From NCBI GenBank assembly GCA_905178155.1, contig CAJINV010000009.1, positions 434,001 through 498,000 of the forward strand: a stretch of DNA of 64,000 nt. The letters run 5' to 3'. The translations under genes and the position numbers were made by a program. Shown here piece after piece: positions 1-11,256 of this stretch (position 1 is its first letter; each line of letters opens with the position of its first letter). The notes under the pieces are model-generated. The model did not search any database, was not told the origin of the DNA, and saw only the letters and a list, made by a program, of their open reading frames with translations. Origin of the DNA: Amoebophrya sp. A120. Its lineage: Eukaryota; Protista; Dinoflagellata.

Positions 1-870
1 TCCGCGGCTGGTTAGGCTTTCGCGCTGGTTAGATTTTCGCGCACGCATTTGGTTACCAATATCGCCCTCCGGGCGCGACCTTCATAGCACACCTACACAG
101 ATGATACAGCAGATCCATTCTTATCAGAAATTCATTTGTCGGCAGCCAGTTCTTTTTCAAATTTTTGACTTTTATATCATTGCTTTCAAGCTTCGGAGTT
201 TGGAGCAGAGCGCCTGGATGACATTGCTCAAATTTTATTCAGACTCACTCTCATTCCTTGATCTTCGTGAAAGAGCGGGACTTTGTCCCAAGCTACAAAC
301 TGGATTGCTCAGCATTGTCTTGGGAAGGAATCAATCTCCGTGAGCATGACTTCGCACACGGTGTGTTCTACAAACAACCCGCCGACAGGGTGATGTTTTA
401 GTACGAGCGTCATCAAATGGAACAGAATTTTTGACATCATTTTTTTCCGCGTACGCCCGTTCTGAAGGCGATATCCGCTTTTGATTTTTGTTTTCCACGT
501 TTGTGATCAAATTCATGAAATCTAAAAAGGATCCATTGACGAGCACGAGCCTGATGAACCCCAGTAAATGGTGTAATTGCAGCATGTAGCATCTCGCTCA
601 AAAAAAATCTTTAAGCCGTCTCGTTTTTTTTTGACGATCGGGCAGAAATCAATGTGTTTCACTTTGATTTTCCCAACGCGATTTTCTCAGAAATTAGAGA
701 AACCTTCACGAGTAAAGTTTTATTTTTTTTTAGTATCATGCGCTTGCGCATAACCTTAGCCTAAGCATGAAGTTTCCAAGTGGCAATTTAGGCTTTTTCG
801 GTCGCATAGGATAGAGCCTATTTCATATTTCTCACTGTATTTTGACTAAAGAAAATTTGATTGCAAAAAG

Positions 871-3800
871 ATGCAGCTGCGGCATCCGCCGAACATTCAG
901 TCGGTGACCTGCCATCGGCTATGCAACCGAAAGAAGCTCATATTGGTAGGCATATTCGTGGCCCTATACGCGGTATGCATCCAATGGTCTTTTATGACAC
1001 TGGGGGAGCCACGCGAATGGGCACTGGCGGAGCAGAGACGAATCTTGAGGAAGAAGGCACAGGATGCCAAAGACAAAGGTACACTTCTAGACGATCAATG
1101 TCAAAAGACCAGCAAATGCGGAAAGTGTGCCTGTAATTCCAATGTCAAAAGTAGACCAAGTGAAAGAAGATGAAGCAAGTTCAAAAACAAGTTGTAACAT
1201 AAGCACGATATTTTTATCCACATCACATCACAACAGGCATTATCGTTGGTGAAGATACGCAAGGGAGGAAAGGGAAGAAGAACGAGCTGAAAATTAACGA
1301 GGACGAGCTTCCGTCAGAATATCTCCCCAATGCGTTTTGCTGCCTCTTCATCTTTCTCACTTTCGGCTTTAACATTCTCGTCTTCCTGCTCTGCAAATGG
1401 TCTCTGCGTGTGAAAACCGCGCTGTTCTATGAGGCGAGCGACCAGATCGACGAAAACGCATTTTTGCTCGTTCTGCCGCTGAAGCAGAAGGGCAAACCGG
1501 AGCTCGCGAACGTGCAGGAACCGAATTCCAACACGAACTACACCTTCGAATTCCAGCACATCAAATACGAAATTTACGACCCCGCTGACGAAGACAACAT
1601 CAATGACGAAAACAACAGTAAACTGGTCGGGGACGGCGACTTCGCTTGCAAGCTCGTGCAGTCCTACGACGTGGGGCACGACAAGCAGTTTTACAAAGCT
1701 GCCCACGGGCTGCAGACGGAGGAGGAACTCGAGAAAAACTTGGAACTCTACGGGTCCAACGTGTTCGAGCTCCCGTACCCAACCTTCCTGCAGCTGTTCC
1801 AGGCACAGCTGCAGTCACCGATCGTCTGTTTTCAGCTGATGGCGGCCTTTCTCTGGGCGATGGACACGTACTGGAAATACACCATGTTCACCCTGATGAC
1901 CATCCTCGGGTTCGAGGCTTCCACCGCCTTCCAGCGTCTGAAGTCCATCTCGCAGCTTCGCGGTATGTCCGCAAGGCCCTACGACGTGTGGGTGTACCGA
2001 AGGAATCGCTGGGTCGGCGGCGTGAACATTACGGAGCTGCTCCCCGGTGACGTGTTGTCCCTGACGCCCAACCTTTTGTCCGTGAAGGACGTGGACCGGA
2101 AGCAGAACCTGAAGCAGAGCCAAGAGCTGAAAGACGCGTCCGAACTCGCGGTCGAGAAAAAGCAGCAGCAACCCGCCAGGACGAACACCACGTCCGAGAT
2201 CACCGTGCCCTGCGATTGCGTTATCATCAAGGGCTCCGCCGTGGTGAACGAAGCCAGTCTGACGGGCGAGTCCGTGCCGCAGATGAAGGACGAACTGCCG
2301 CCGACGGTGGAGGATATTCAGGAGCAGTTCGAGATGCACGGCGCGGACAAGGTGCACACACTGTATTCCGGTACGACGTTGATCCAAGCGACAAACAGCA
2401 GCAATGCCGACGTCGTGAAGAAGGACGCCCACGACATGTATTCGGACATCAACGCCCCGCCAGACCACGGCATCGTCTGCTACGTTCTCCGGACGGGGTT
2501 CAGCTCCTCCCAGGGCGAACTCATGCGCATGATCGAATTCTCGCAGGAAAACGTCGCGGGCGACAAGAAAGAAACGGCGCTCCAGTTGCTATTTCTGTTC
2601 TGCTTCGCCTGCGTCGCCAGCGCATACGTGCTGAAAAAGGTATTACAAGCATGTTTTTTGTAGATGATGATGTGTGAAGTCAACATGTGCAAGTCAGTGT
2701 TTGCTCAAGAGCAGCCTCACGAACGTCTTGCTCTGCTTCGCGAGCAGTTTTGCATTCATAGTGACACGACAGTTAGATGACCTGCAGTCCATCCAAACAC
2801 ACGACCCGGGCCCAGTTGTAAAGTACACCAATCTCAACAGAAGATGATTGTCTTGACTCGCACCAATATAACAGGGCCTCGAAGACCCGGAGCGCCCTAC
2901 CTACAAAGTCCTGCTCCGGTGCGTGCTGATCATCACGCAAGTCGTCCCGGCGTCATTGCCGATGCAAATGGCCTTTGCCGTCCACACCGCGCTCATGAGC
3001 CTGATGAAGAAAGGGATCTTCTGCACCGAGCCCTTCCGGGTTCCGGAAGCGGGAAAAACGGAGTACTGCTTCTTTGATAAAACCGGAACCTTGACCAGCG
3101 ACCACATGTTGGGCACGGGGTTGGTGATCCCAACCAACAGCAAGGACGCGCCGAGTGGAGCAGACGCGGACAAGATCCTCGCGCACCCATTGGACGCGCC
3201 GGCGGAGTATAAGAAACACGTGAAGGCGATGAAGGACCACGAGAACGCACCGGCCGCGTTCGTGCTCGGGGGTTGCACGGCCCTGATCGAAGTCCAGAAC
3301 AAGATGTGCGGGGACCCGATCGAGATCGCAGCGTTGAAGGGCATCGAATGGAGCTACTGCAGCGAGTCGTCCACTGCCCATCCGGGAACGTACCTGCAGA
3401 AGGAGCGCGCACTGAAGCAGGCAAAAGAGGTGGTGGAGAAGGAACAGGACCCAACAAAGAAGAAAGAATTGAAGAAGGATTGCGACGACTTGGAAAAGTC
3501 CTACGAACAGGAGAAGCAAAAGTCGAAACTCGCAGCCATTCAGGTGGTCCAGCGTCACCACTTCGCGTCCAGTCTCCAGCGCATGTCAACCGTGTGTAAG
3601 GTGACGGCGGATACCAAATCGGCGCAGGGGAAACAGATGCTCAGTAGTGGCATCTATGCGTTTGTGAAGGGCTCGCCGGAGATGATGCTCAAGTTGCTGG
3701 ATAAAAAGCTGTATGGTTTGAACGGGAAAAACGACGGTAGTTCTGCTTTCGAGAAAAACTACCTCGCGGCCTACCGCAATCTCGCCGAACAGGGGCACCG

Positions 3801-6800
3801 TGTGCTTGCGTTGGGTTACAAGAGATTGTCGCAAGATCCGAACCAGTCCAAGAAATTCGAGAAAACAACCCGACAGCAAGTTGAGGCAGATCTGATTTTT
3901 GCGGGATTCTGTAGCTTCAAGTGCGAAACTCGGAGGGATTCCAAGCTGGTGATCCAAAGTCTCAGCGCCTCGTCGCACACCTGCATCATGTTGACCGGTG
4001 ACGCAGCCCTGACCGCATACTCAGTAGCCAAGGAAGTCGCGATTGCAAAGCATGCAAGTATTTTTTCTGTTTGCTAAAACTCTTGCAAGGCATAAACATG
4101 GCTATCCCGCCTAATTGCACTTATTCACCTGTGCCGAATTTTGTATATTGTGAACTGAAAAATGGATTTCGAATTTCAGCTGCTAACTCAGGCGACGGAC
4201 TTTTTCAATTCCGAGGACAAGTTACATCAGACTATTACCGTTTCACACGACAGGTTCTAAGGCCCTGATTCTTTCAGAGGACGGAGCCAAGTGGCAACCG
4301 GCTATTTCGAATCCCACCAAGGAGCAGCAAGAGGATGGAAAGGAAGGTAGCTCCTCGAGTAGTTCTTCAAAACCACAAAAGGATATCGCGTTCACGGACC
4401 CAGAAGAGCTGGCTGAGCTTCACTCGAAAAACCACGACTTGGTACTCACCGGAAAGGCGCTCCAGAGCGCAATCGAGAAGTACGGAGACGCCATGTGGGA
4501 CAACTTGCGCCACGTTTGTGTCTTCGCGCGGTTGAGTCCACAGCAGAAAGAGGATATCATCCGCTCGATAGGCGGACATCATTACGACGAACCTGGGAGG
4601 GAAGGTAAATGTCTTCTGCTCTTCATGCTACAGCTGGAGCATATTCTTGCCTACACCAACATATGATAGTCATGTCGAATACGAATGTTACATGTTGGAG
4701 TTGCCGAAGATCATGTTGCAACTGGACGCGCGCGACTTCTATGGCGGCGGCATGTTCTTGTGCAAGTGTTGATAATGCCATGCCTGGCTACCTGATCTTT
4801 CGACGTTTCTACTCCTATTCACAATATTTCACAGCCCGCGCTAAGAAGGAAGTGCCGCACCATACGTTGATGTGCGGTGACGGTGGCAACGACGTCGGCG
4901 CCTTGAAACAAGCCGACGTAGGTGTCGCGCTCCTGTCCGGTTTCGGAAATGCGAACGTCGATGTGAAAAAGAAAAAGCAGGCGGCGCCAGACGACTTCTT
5001 CAGTAATCTATTCGGGTCACAGGAAGACGAAGTAGACGAAGAGGCGAAGCAGCTGGCACTGCAAGGAAAAACCGCAGAGGATGAGCTGGCGAGGCTTCGG
5101 GACGAGGAAGACAAAAAAAACGCGACGATGAGGTCGAAGATGCAGGAGGACTTCAAACGTATGTTCTGTTTGTTGATGGTTTTTTTAATGCGTGCTCCAC
5201 CGAAAAATACGTTAGATCGGCTACGCTGTATTCAGTTGACAGTGCTGTCTGTTTGTCCAAAATTGACCTGATCAGAAATTATTCGAAATGCTGTTCGAAC
5301 GTCCCTCTGATCTTCTTGTGAATGATGACACGAAGTATTTTGTCACTACCGCGCCTACCGCACCTTGTGTGTGGGCATGGGCGAGACACTTCTTCATGGG
5401 TAATTTGCGTCTGACGAAATTATACCAAGCTACTTCGCGAAATGATAATGATAATGTCGATGGTCGTGCTGGGGATCACAAAAAATATGTGAATTCCGGG
5501 TCAGGTAGGATCACTCAAATTTTGTTCTTCCGAAGCAAGAAAAATGTACGTCGTCGGTCCGAAGATCCGAAGTGAAGTGTTACTCTGTAAAATTCCGGGC
5601 CATTCGCATTCCAGGTAAGCAAATGGGTATGTACGGGCGCCAGCAGAAATACGTGGAGGAGGAAATGAACCGACGGAAGCAGGCCGGCCTGGACACCGGC
5701 CTGCAAGCACACATGCAAGTGATGAAGGACGTGATGGCGCGGATGCAAAGAGAAATCGAGCACGAAAAGCAGCAAATGCAGAAAACCTCGGTGAATGCCA
5801 TGTCCGGGATGGACAAGTGGACCGAAGCCATGGAACAGGCGGACGAGCAGGTGGCGGTAAAACTGGGCGACGCCTCCATGGCGGCGCCGTTCACCTCCCG
5901 AACCCCCTCCATCCAAGCAGTGGTGGACATCATCCGCCAGGGTCGGTGTACGCTGCTCTCGGCGGTGCAGCAAATGCAAATTATGATGCTGGACTCCATG
6001 ATTTCCGCCTACTCCCTGTCCGTCATGTCCGCGGACGGCACGCGGCCGAGCGAGCAGCAGATGATGGCGTCGGGGACTCTGCTTTCCGTCGCGGCGATCG
6101 CTTTCAATTTCGCGAAACCGCTCGACCGCATGCACCCGGTTCGACCCCTCCGTTCGGTCTTCCACCCGGCGCTGTTTTTCAGTCTGCTGGGCCAGCTCGC
6201 GATCCACCTGGTCTGCATGGTGTACGTGATGAATTTGGCGAAGGAAGCGATGGGCGAGGAAGAGCTGCAGGCGGTGCTGAAATTCGAGAAGGAGCGAAAC
6301 GACCACATCGACGCCATGGAGGAAGAAGACATGAACGACGTGTGGTGGTTCACGAAAGTGCCCTTCAAACCGAACCTGCTGAACACCATGGTGTGGCTCG
6401 TGGAGGTCTCGCAGCAAATCTCGGTCCTCTTCGTCAACTACAAGGGCAGACCGTGGATGCGGGGCATGCTGGAAAACCAAGCGCTCTTCTTGAGCTTATT
6501 TGGCTGCATGGCGCTCGTCTGGGTCTGCGCTACCAACGTCGTGCCACTGTATATAAAGTTTTTTTCATCTTTGCCTTTGCATTTGGATTTGCTTTTTCCC
6601 TTAGGATCTGAATCTTTGCTGTACAAAAAGATTGCATCTGTAGTTTACTTAGTATGTCTTCCCGCCGCGGCTGCCATCCGCATCCCATTCACAAAACCCG
6701 CGAAGTTCAAGAAAAGTGCCTTATCATGATGACACACCTCTTTGGTCCGTGTTTCTGATTCAGCTTCGGCTGATGCGGAGAACGTGAGCTAATTGTTTCA

Positions 6801-7668
6801 AGACGGGTCTGATCGGAGATGGGGAAAGTGCATTTTGATAGAGCTCGTTCTCGTGCAGTTCGCAAAGAACATTTTATGCGGTTCGTTGGGCAAAAACTCG
6901 CTTTTCTCTGATAGCGTGCGTTTTTAATCAACGCAACCTAAAAAAAAACGAACACCGAGATTAATCCCAGAAGTGCGCTGCCCTATCGTGTCTTCTGTTT
7001 CATGACTCAGTGACATGCAAAATCGACTTTTGTCACATCTTCGAAGCATGTAGTGCCGCTCGAGCTATGTCAATTTCAAATGATGAGACGTCTCATTGGT
7101 CCGTGTTTCTGATCACTTGCGATGAGAACACGAGCTTTTTGTTTCAAGACGGGTCTGATTTTTTTGCTCTCACTTCCACGAGCTTGTCACGACCTGAAAA
7201 AATTTAAAGCCTTCTGCAAGGAACTCCCTCTCATGGTCAATCTAGTTTCCAATGATCAACAGGAACAGACAAATACCATACATTAACAGCGTAAACGACA
7301 CCCTGAAGCTGGTCGAGATTCCGGCGGACCTGCGCTTTTCCATGATGTCCATGCTCTTCCTGTCGTTAGGCGGCGCCTTTGTTTGGGACCGGTTGATGCA
7401 CGCCATTTTTGCACCGCAAATTTTCCAAGTGATGTGGGAAAACGTGGTGACCACAACGTGGAAGGATCTCTACCCAGTGGCCAAAACTGTGGGTATGGTG
7501 CTCGGCGGCTTGCTGGTGCTCGGCACTGGCAACATCCTCACGCTCGGTGGCTTTTATTGGCTTTACCGCCAGCACAAGGCTTCTCAAAATGCCGCTGCAG
7601 CGGGAACAACCACTGGAAGCGGGAGCGCCCCGGCTCCAGCTCCTGCTGCAGGAGCGGTAAAAAAGTGA
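871..7668 (+). CDS. P5A-type P-type ATPase (ATP13A1/Spf1-like), 7 exons: join(871..1078,1237..2639,2875..4057,4254..4604,4835..5158,5615..6548,7290..7668)
   Basis: Motifs LTGES, VPASLP (PPELP equivalent), DKTGTLT phosphorylation site, KGSPE, MLTGD, MCGDGGNDVGALK and P5A-typical KLGDASMAAPFTS and IRQGRCTL. All six introns are GT-AG and rejoin in frame. Confidence 0.92.
5318..5418 (+). ncRNA. Intronic C/D-box snoRNA, U16/snR87-like
   Basis: Box C ATGATGA 5322-5328, box D CTGA 5411-5414. Guide TGGGTAATTTGCG (5397-5409) is antisense to conserved 18S CGCAAAUUACCCA; second antisense tract TTGTCACTACC (5340-5350) matches 18S GGUAGUGACAA. Lies in ATPase intron 5159-5614. Confidence 0.75.
6722..6815 (+). 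ncRNA. Intronic C/D-box snoRNA, U18-type D' guide plus U21-type D guide, copy 1
   Basis: Box C ATGATGA 6726-6732; TTGGTCCGTGTTT then D' CTGA 6755-6758; TGTTTCAAGACGGGT then D CTGA 6809-6812. Both guides are antisense to LSU rRNA ACCCGUCUUGAAACACGGACCAA. Lies in ATPase intron 6549-7289. Confidence 0.85.
7077..7161 (+). ncRNA. Intronic C/D-box snoRNA, U18/U21-type, copy 2
   Basis: Box C ATGATGA 7080-7086, D' CTGA 7109-7112, C'-like GCGATGA near 7119, D CTGA 7155-7158. Guides identical to copy 1 while spacers have diverged. Confidence 0.85.
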
Positions 7669-8403
7669 TGCCGCTTTCCGTTGCCGGTAGGCGTTTCCTT
7701 CGACACACGACCCGATAAGCGATTCGTAGCATCAAAGTAGCGCCAACGCGTCGGTTTTTTTCTCTTGCCCCCCAGTCCCGGTTTGTGATTGCTCACATGC
7801 ATGTGGGGAGGAGTGGCGTATTACATACAAGAGTAAACTCCTGAACTACATTATTTGTCGTCCCAAGAGCAGTGCGCAATTGCGATTGCCTTTCGTCAAC
7901 GAAATGCGCTTGAGTTAAAAACTTTCTGTCTGAACGAAATTACAATTAGCGAGCGACAATATCCCAGTAAAAAGTATCACATCTTCATCATAATCTTCAC
8001 CTATGCAGACGCGTTTCTACAAAGCTCGTTCTTTACCCTCCTGGAGGCCGTCGTTCGCGTTTTCAGCAAAGATCTGACTGCTCAATCGCACACAGCGGCC
8101 TAAAGCCAATTGTATGTGTTCAATTATGGTTGGTCGGAGGCGAGAATGAGAGAATGAGAGCTGATGAAGCAGAAGAGATTTATGAACAGCTTTTTTGGAC
8201 GCATTTTGAATTAACGGAAGAAGTTGACCTTCGATCGCATTCAGAAACCCTTCTTCAGAAGATCCTGCCTTTGATGAAGTCACAGATCCCGATATGCTTC
8301 TGCTTATTGAAGATTCCCCGCATTGTTTCCTTGCGCTAGCCGGTTTATCCTTCCACTTTCCAAGAAATTGAGATTCGGACAAACTCAACCGTCGAAAATC
8401 AAA

Positions 8404-11256
8404 ATGGAGTCGTCATCCGTGAGGCCCCCACCTCCATCGCCCTCTGCCAGAAATGGAGGCGGTCAGGTGGATAAGGTGAAGAAGCACTGCATCATTCTTG
8501 CTGCTGGCATAGCAAGTCCACCCATCGCACCCTACACACAACAGATGCCAAAATGCTTCCTGCCTATTGCTGGGGAGCCCATCATTAACCACATTCTCCG
8601 CATGTTCGTGAACCAAGGCATCAAGCACTTCACTATCGTTATCGGCGCGCACGCCAACTACTTCAGCCCGGAGGTGCGCCAGGAACTCATGCATTTGGTG
8701 GGAAGCACCGCTTCAAAATCGGCAGCAGATGCTTCAGTGTCGGAAGTGGATACGGAGCAAGACGAGACGCCGTCCAGTCGCGGGGGGAGCGAGATGCAGA
8801 AGAGAAATTCAGCAGGTCTGAGGTCCGCCTCTTTGCTGGAGAAAAATTCATGTTCGCTGTTGTTCGTCGAGAACAATCTTTTCTGGAACAACGGGCCCGC
8901 GGATTCGCTTCGTCTTGGATACGAATCTTTGATGCGGAAGGAAAAGGAGAAGCCTACTCCTGCCGCCGGCCATTTGGTCTACGTGTGCTATGGGGACACC
9001 GTTTTCACGGACGTGGCGTTGCAGAAGCTGGTTGCTTTCCCGGCGCCGAATGCTTTGTTGATCGACAGGTCCATAACGATTGGCGGCGGGGCAGTGGAGT
9101 CTCCAGGGCTGCCGGGAAACAATGGTTCTTCTCCACTCTCCGTGCAGCAACCGAGCTTCAGCTCGTCGCGAGCACAGATGCATCTGCGCGGCGCGAAGTC
9201 GCGAGAAACCGGGCTGCAGGAATTGGAATTGTGCTCGGTGACGCCCTTTCCGAAACACAACAGCTGGAATCTGGTGGATCAGATTGGGAAGAACTTGATT
9301 CAGCGTGGTATGACGGCCTTCGGTGAATTCACCGGATTGTTTCGGGCTACAAACGAAACCATGGATCAGGCATTCGGTGTGGGCGACAACTCTGAGGCAC
9401 CCGCGGCCGCGGCTTCCTGTTTTTACGTTCCAGATGTGCTTCGGAAATGCATTCTCGAGTACCAAACTGAATTTTTCGCCGTGCCGATTTTCGGAAACAG
9501 GCGGGAAATCCACTCCAGCCAGGATTTGCTGCAAGCAAACTCGGAGCTCTGTTATCTGTCGGACCAGGTCGGCCGTAAGGAGTACATCAAGGCCATCGGT
9601 TCGCGCTTGCTTGCGGAGGCCAACGACCTGAAGCGCCCGGTGGAGATCATTGCGCAGGAGTTGAACTTTCCCGACACACTGCTGGACGACTTGCTGAACG
9701 GAAACGTCGAACTGGAGACCGCCCAGGAGATTTTGCGGAAGGTGAACACAAACTACCCCGTCTCGCTGAATGCGCTGTGGGTTGAGCCGGACGACTGCTT
9801 CAACGGTATCCGGATCTGCCGCGCCAAAGAGTCGGAGGTGAGTAAGCGGATTCTGCACCGCATAAACGGTAGAACTAACAAAAAAACGCCGTACTACGAG
9901 TACCGGGATTGCGCCATGAGCCGCTTGGGTCCCTTTCGCCCGGAGTGGATCAAGGAGCTGCGTATCGTGTCGGATTCGGACCCGGAAAATCCGGAAGTCG
10001 CGTTCAACAACGGGCACCTGCTGTTCCAGTCCACGTTCTTCATCGGTCCGGTGAACTTCTACTACTCCGAGCCGGACGGCACGAAACGGTGCGTGGAAAT
10101 GAACACCGGCGACAGTAACTGGATCGCGCCTTTCGTACCACACAGCTTCACCAGTCGGGATGGCTCGAAATTTGCCTGCATCATCGCGTGTACGTATGGC
10201 AGCGGGATCGTCGGTTGTCTGCAGTCCATCGGAGGGCTGCACCACAGCGACGAGCAGGGAGAAACACAAACGACGTCGTCGACTTTCGGCGGAACTAATG
10301 AACTTCTGAACAAAACACACCTCAACACGTACAGTGGAGACCTGCGCGACCCGTTGTCGCACTTTCAGGCGAATTTGCTGCGCTACGCCCAGAACGATGG
10401 GTTTCCGAATCTGAAAGAATTTGCGGACCGGTTGATGATGCAGAGCGACGAAAAAGGAGAAGGTACAGAACCGGAGCTTTCACAAACCGGCGCCAATAAA
10501 GAATCCGGGGCGCCGGCAAACTTCACCTCAGCCATCGCGGAGCAAACGCGCAGACTGTGCGCAGAGGTGCTCGGCGTTAAGCGGTCTGAGTTGGCATCAA
10601 AGTTCGACCCTGAATCCAGAACTACGACGGCAGCTACAGCAGGGACACGCCTTCCGACTATCGAGGAGTGCCGACTTCTCGCGAAGGAATTGCACTGCCT
10701 ACCAGAGGACCTGTACGTAGAAAGAGGCCTGGAAGAGCCAGTCGTGGTGTCGTTTCGCGGAAAGGGCGCGCTTCGAACTTGGAGCCGGACCCTGAAGCTT
10801 GAACGTCTAGCGAGCAGCGAGCACCACAGCATGATCAAAAGTTTCGATGTCGAGATTTGTGACGGAGACAGCGTTTTGGCAGCGGAATCCTCTTGCGAGG
10901 AGGACTGGATTCAAATTGCGGTTCACAATTTTGGGTACAACTACAGCGAGAAAGCGTTTTTGTTGGAAACTTTCAGGGAGAAAACAGTGATCAATCCCGG
11001 TGACTCGTTCTACGTGCAGCCACACATACGACACCGTTTCCAGTTGCTGCACGCACAAACCCCAAGGACCACTGTTGAAACGATGTTGAACGGAGACCAA
11101 TCTACTGGGAACGGTGCTTCTCCTCCTGCCAGCGCTCGCATGTACCTGGTGCGAATCCCCGGGGCGTTGACCCGGGAGCTGATGCGGGAAGTAGCGCTCT
11201 GCGATCAACGCGGGAAGGCTCGGATTGGAAATGAAAGTCGACGGTGGTACAACTGA
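8404..11256 (+). CDS. mpnS: Fusion protein: N-terminal NTP-transferase (LicC/PntC-like cytidylyltransferase) plus C-terminal methylphosphonate synthase (MPnS/HEPD family)
   Basis: Single intronless ORF, first ATG 8404. N-terminal: IILAAG..PKCFLPIAGEPIINH, YGD, GEFTGL. C-terminal from about 9580: ANDLKRP, PYYEYRDCAMSRLGPFRPEWI, NNGHLLFQ, VNFYY, MNTGDSNWIAPFVPHSF, LPTIEECRLLAKEL, INPGDSFYVQP, terminal RWY; colinear with Nitrosopumilus maritimus MPnS as recalled. Confidence 0.9.
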   Translation: MESSSVRPPPPSPSARNGGGQVDKVKKHCIILAAGIASPPIAPYTQQMPKCFLPIAGEPIINHILRMFVNQGIKHFTIVIGAHANYFSPEVRQELMHLVGSTASKSAADASVSEVDTEQDETPSSRGGSEMQKRNSAGLRSASLLEKNSCSLLFVENNLFWNNGPADSLRLGYESLMRKEKEKPTPAAGHLVYVCYGDTVFTDVALQKLVAFPAPNALLIDRSITIGGGAVESPGLPGNNGSSPLSVQQPSFSSSRAQMHLRGAKSRETGLQELELCSVTPFPKHNSWNLVDQIGKNLIQRGMTAFGEFTGLFRATNETMDQAFGVGDNSEAPAAAASCFYVPDVLRKCILEYQTEFFAVPIFGNRREIHSSQDLLQANSELCYLSDQVGRKEYIKAIGSRLLAEANDLKRPVEIIAQELNFPDTLLDDLLNGNVELETAQEILRKVNTNYPVSLNALWVEPDDCFNGIRICRAKESEVSKRILHRINGRTNKKTPYYEYRDCAMSRLGPFRPEWIKELRIVSDSDPENPEVAFNNGHLLFQSTFFIGPVNFYYSEPDGTKRCVEMNTGDSNWIAPFVPHSFTSRDGSKFACIIACTYGSGIVGCLQSIGGLHHSDEQGETQTTSSTFGGTNELLNKTHLNTYSGDLRDPLSHFQANLLRYAQNDGFPNLKEFADRLMMQSDEKGEGTEPELSQTGANKESGAPANFTSAIAEQTRRLCAEVLGVKRSELASKFDPESRTTTAATAGTRLPTIEECRLLAKELHCLPEDLYVERGLEEPVVVSFRGKGALRTWSRTLKLERLASSEHHSMIKSFDVEICDGDSVLAAESSCEEDWIQIAVHNFGYNYSEKAFLLETFREKTVINPGDSFYVQPHIRHRFQLLHAQTPRTTVETMLNGDQSTGNGASPPASARMYLVRIPGALTRELMREVALCDQRGKARIGNESRRWYN

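Noticed and set aside
4650-4790. Hairpins in ATPase intron 4605-4834 as a possible H/ACA snoRNA
   Set aside because: H and ACA boxes are not properly placed and no target was identified.
6741-7158. rRNA gene fragment (matches LSU primer-type sequence GGTCCGTGTTTC / TTTCAAGACGGG)
   Set aside because: Only short antisense tracts interrupted by CTGA boxes; better explained as snoRNA guides.
8848-10362. 504-aa minus-strand ORF and similar antisense ORFs over the ATPase and coiled-coil exons
   Set aside because: Shadow ORFs caused by GC3-biased codon use of the + strand genes; no motifs.
9580-11256. Annotation as XRE/cupin transcription regulator or HEPD
   Set aside because: HTH-like segments are part of the MPnS/HEPD fold, and Gln with Phe/Ile at the diagnostic positions favours MPnS.
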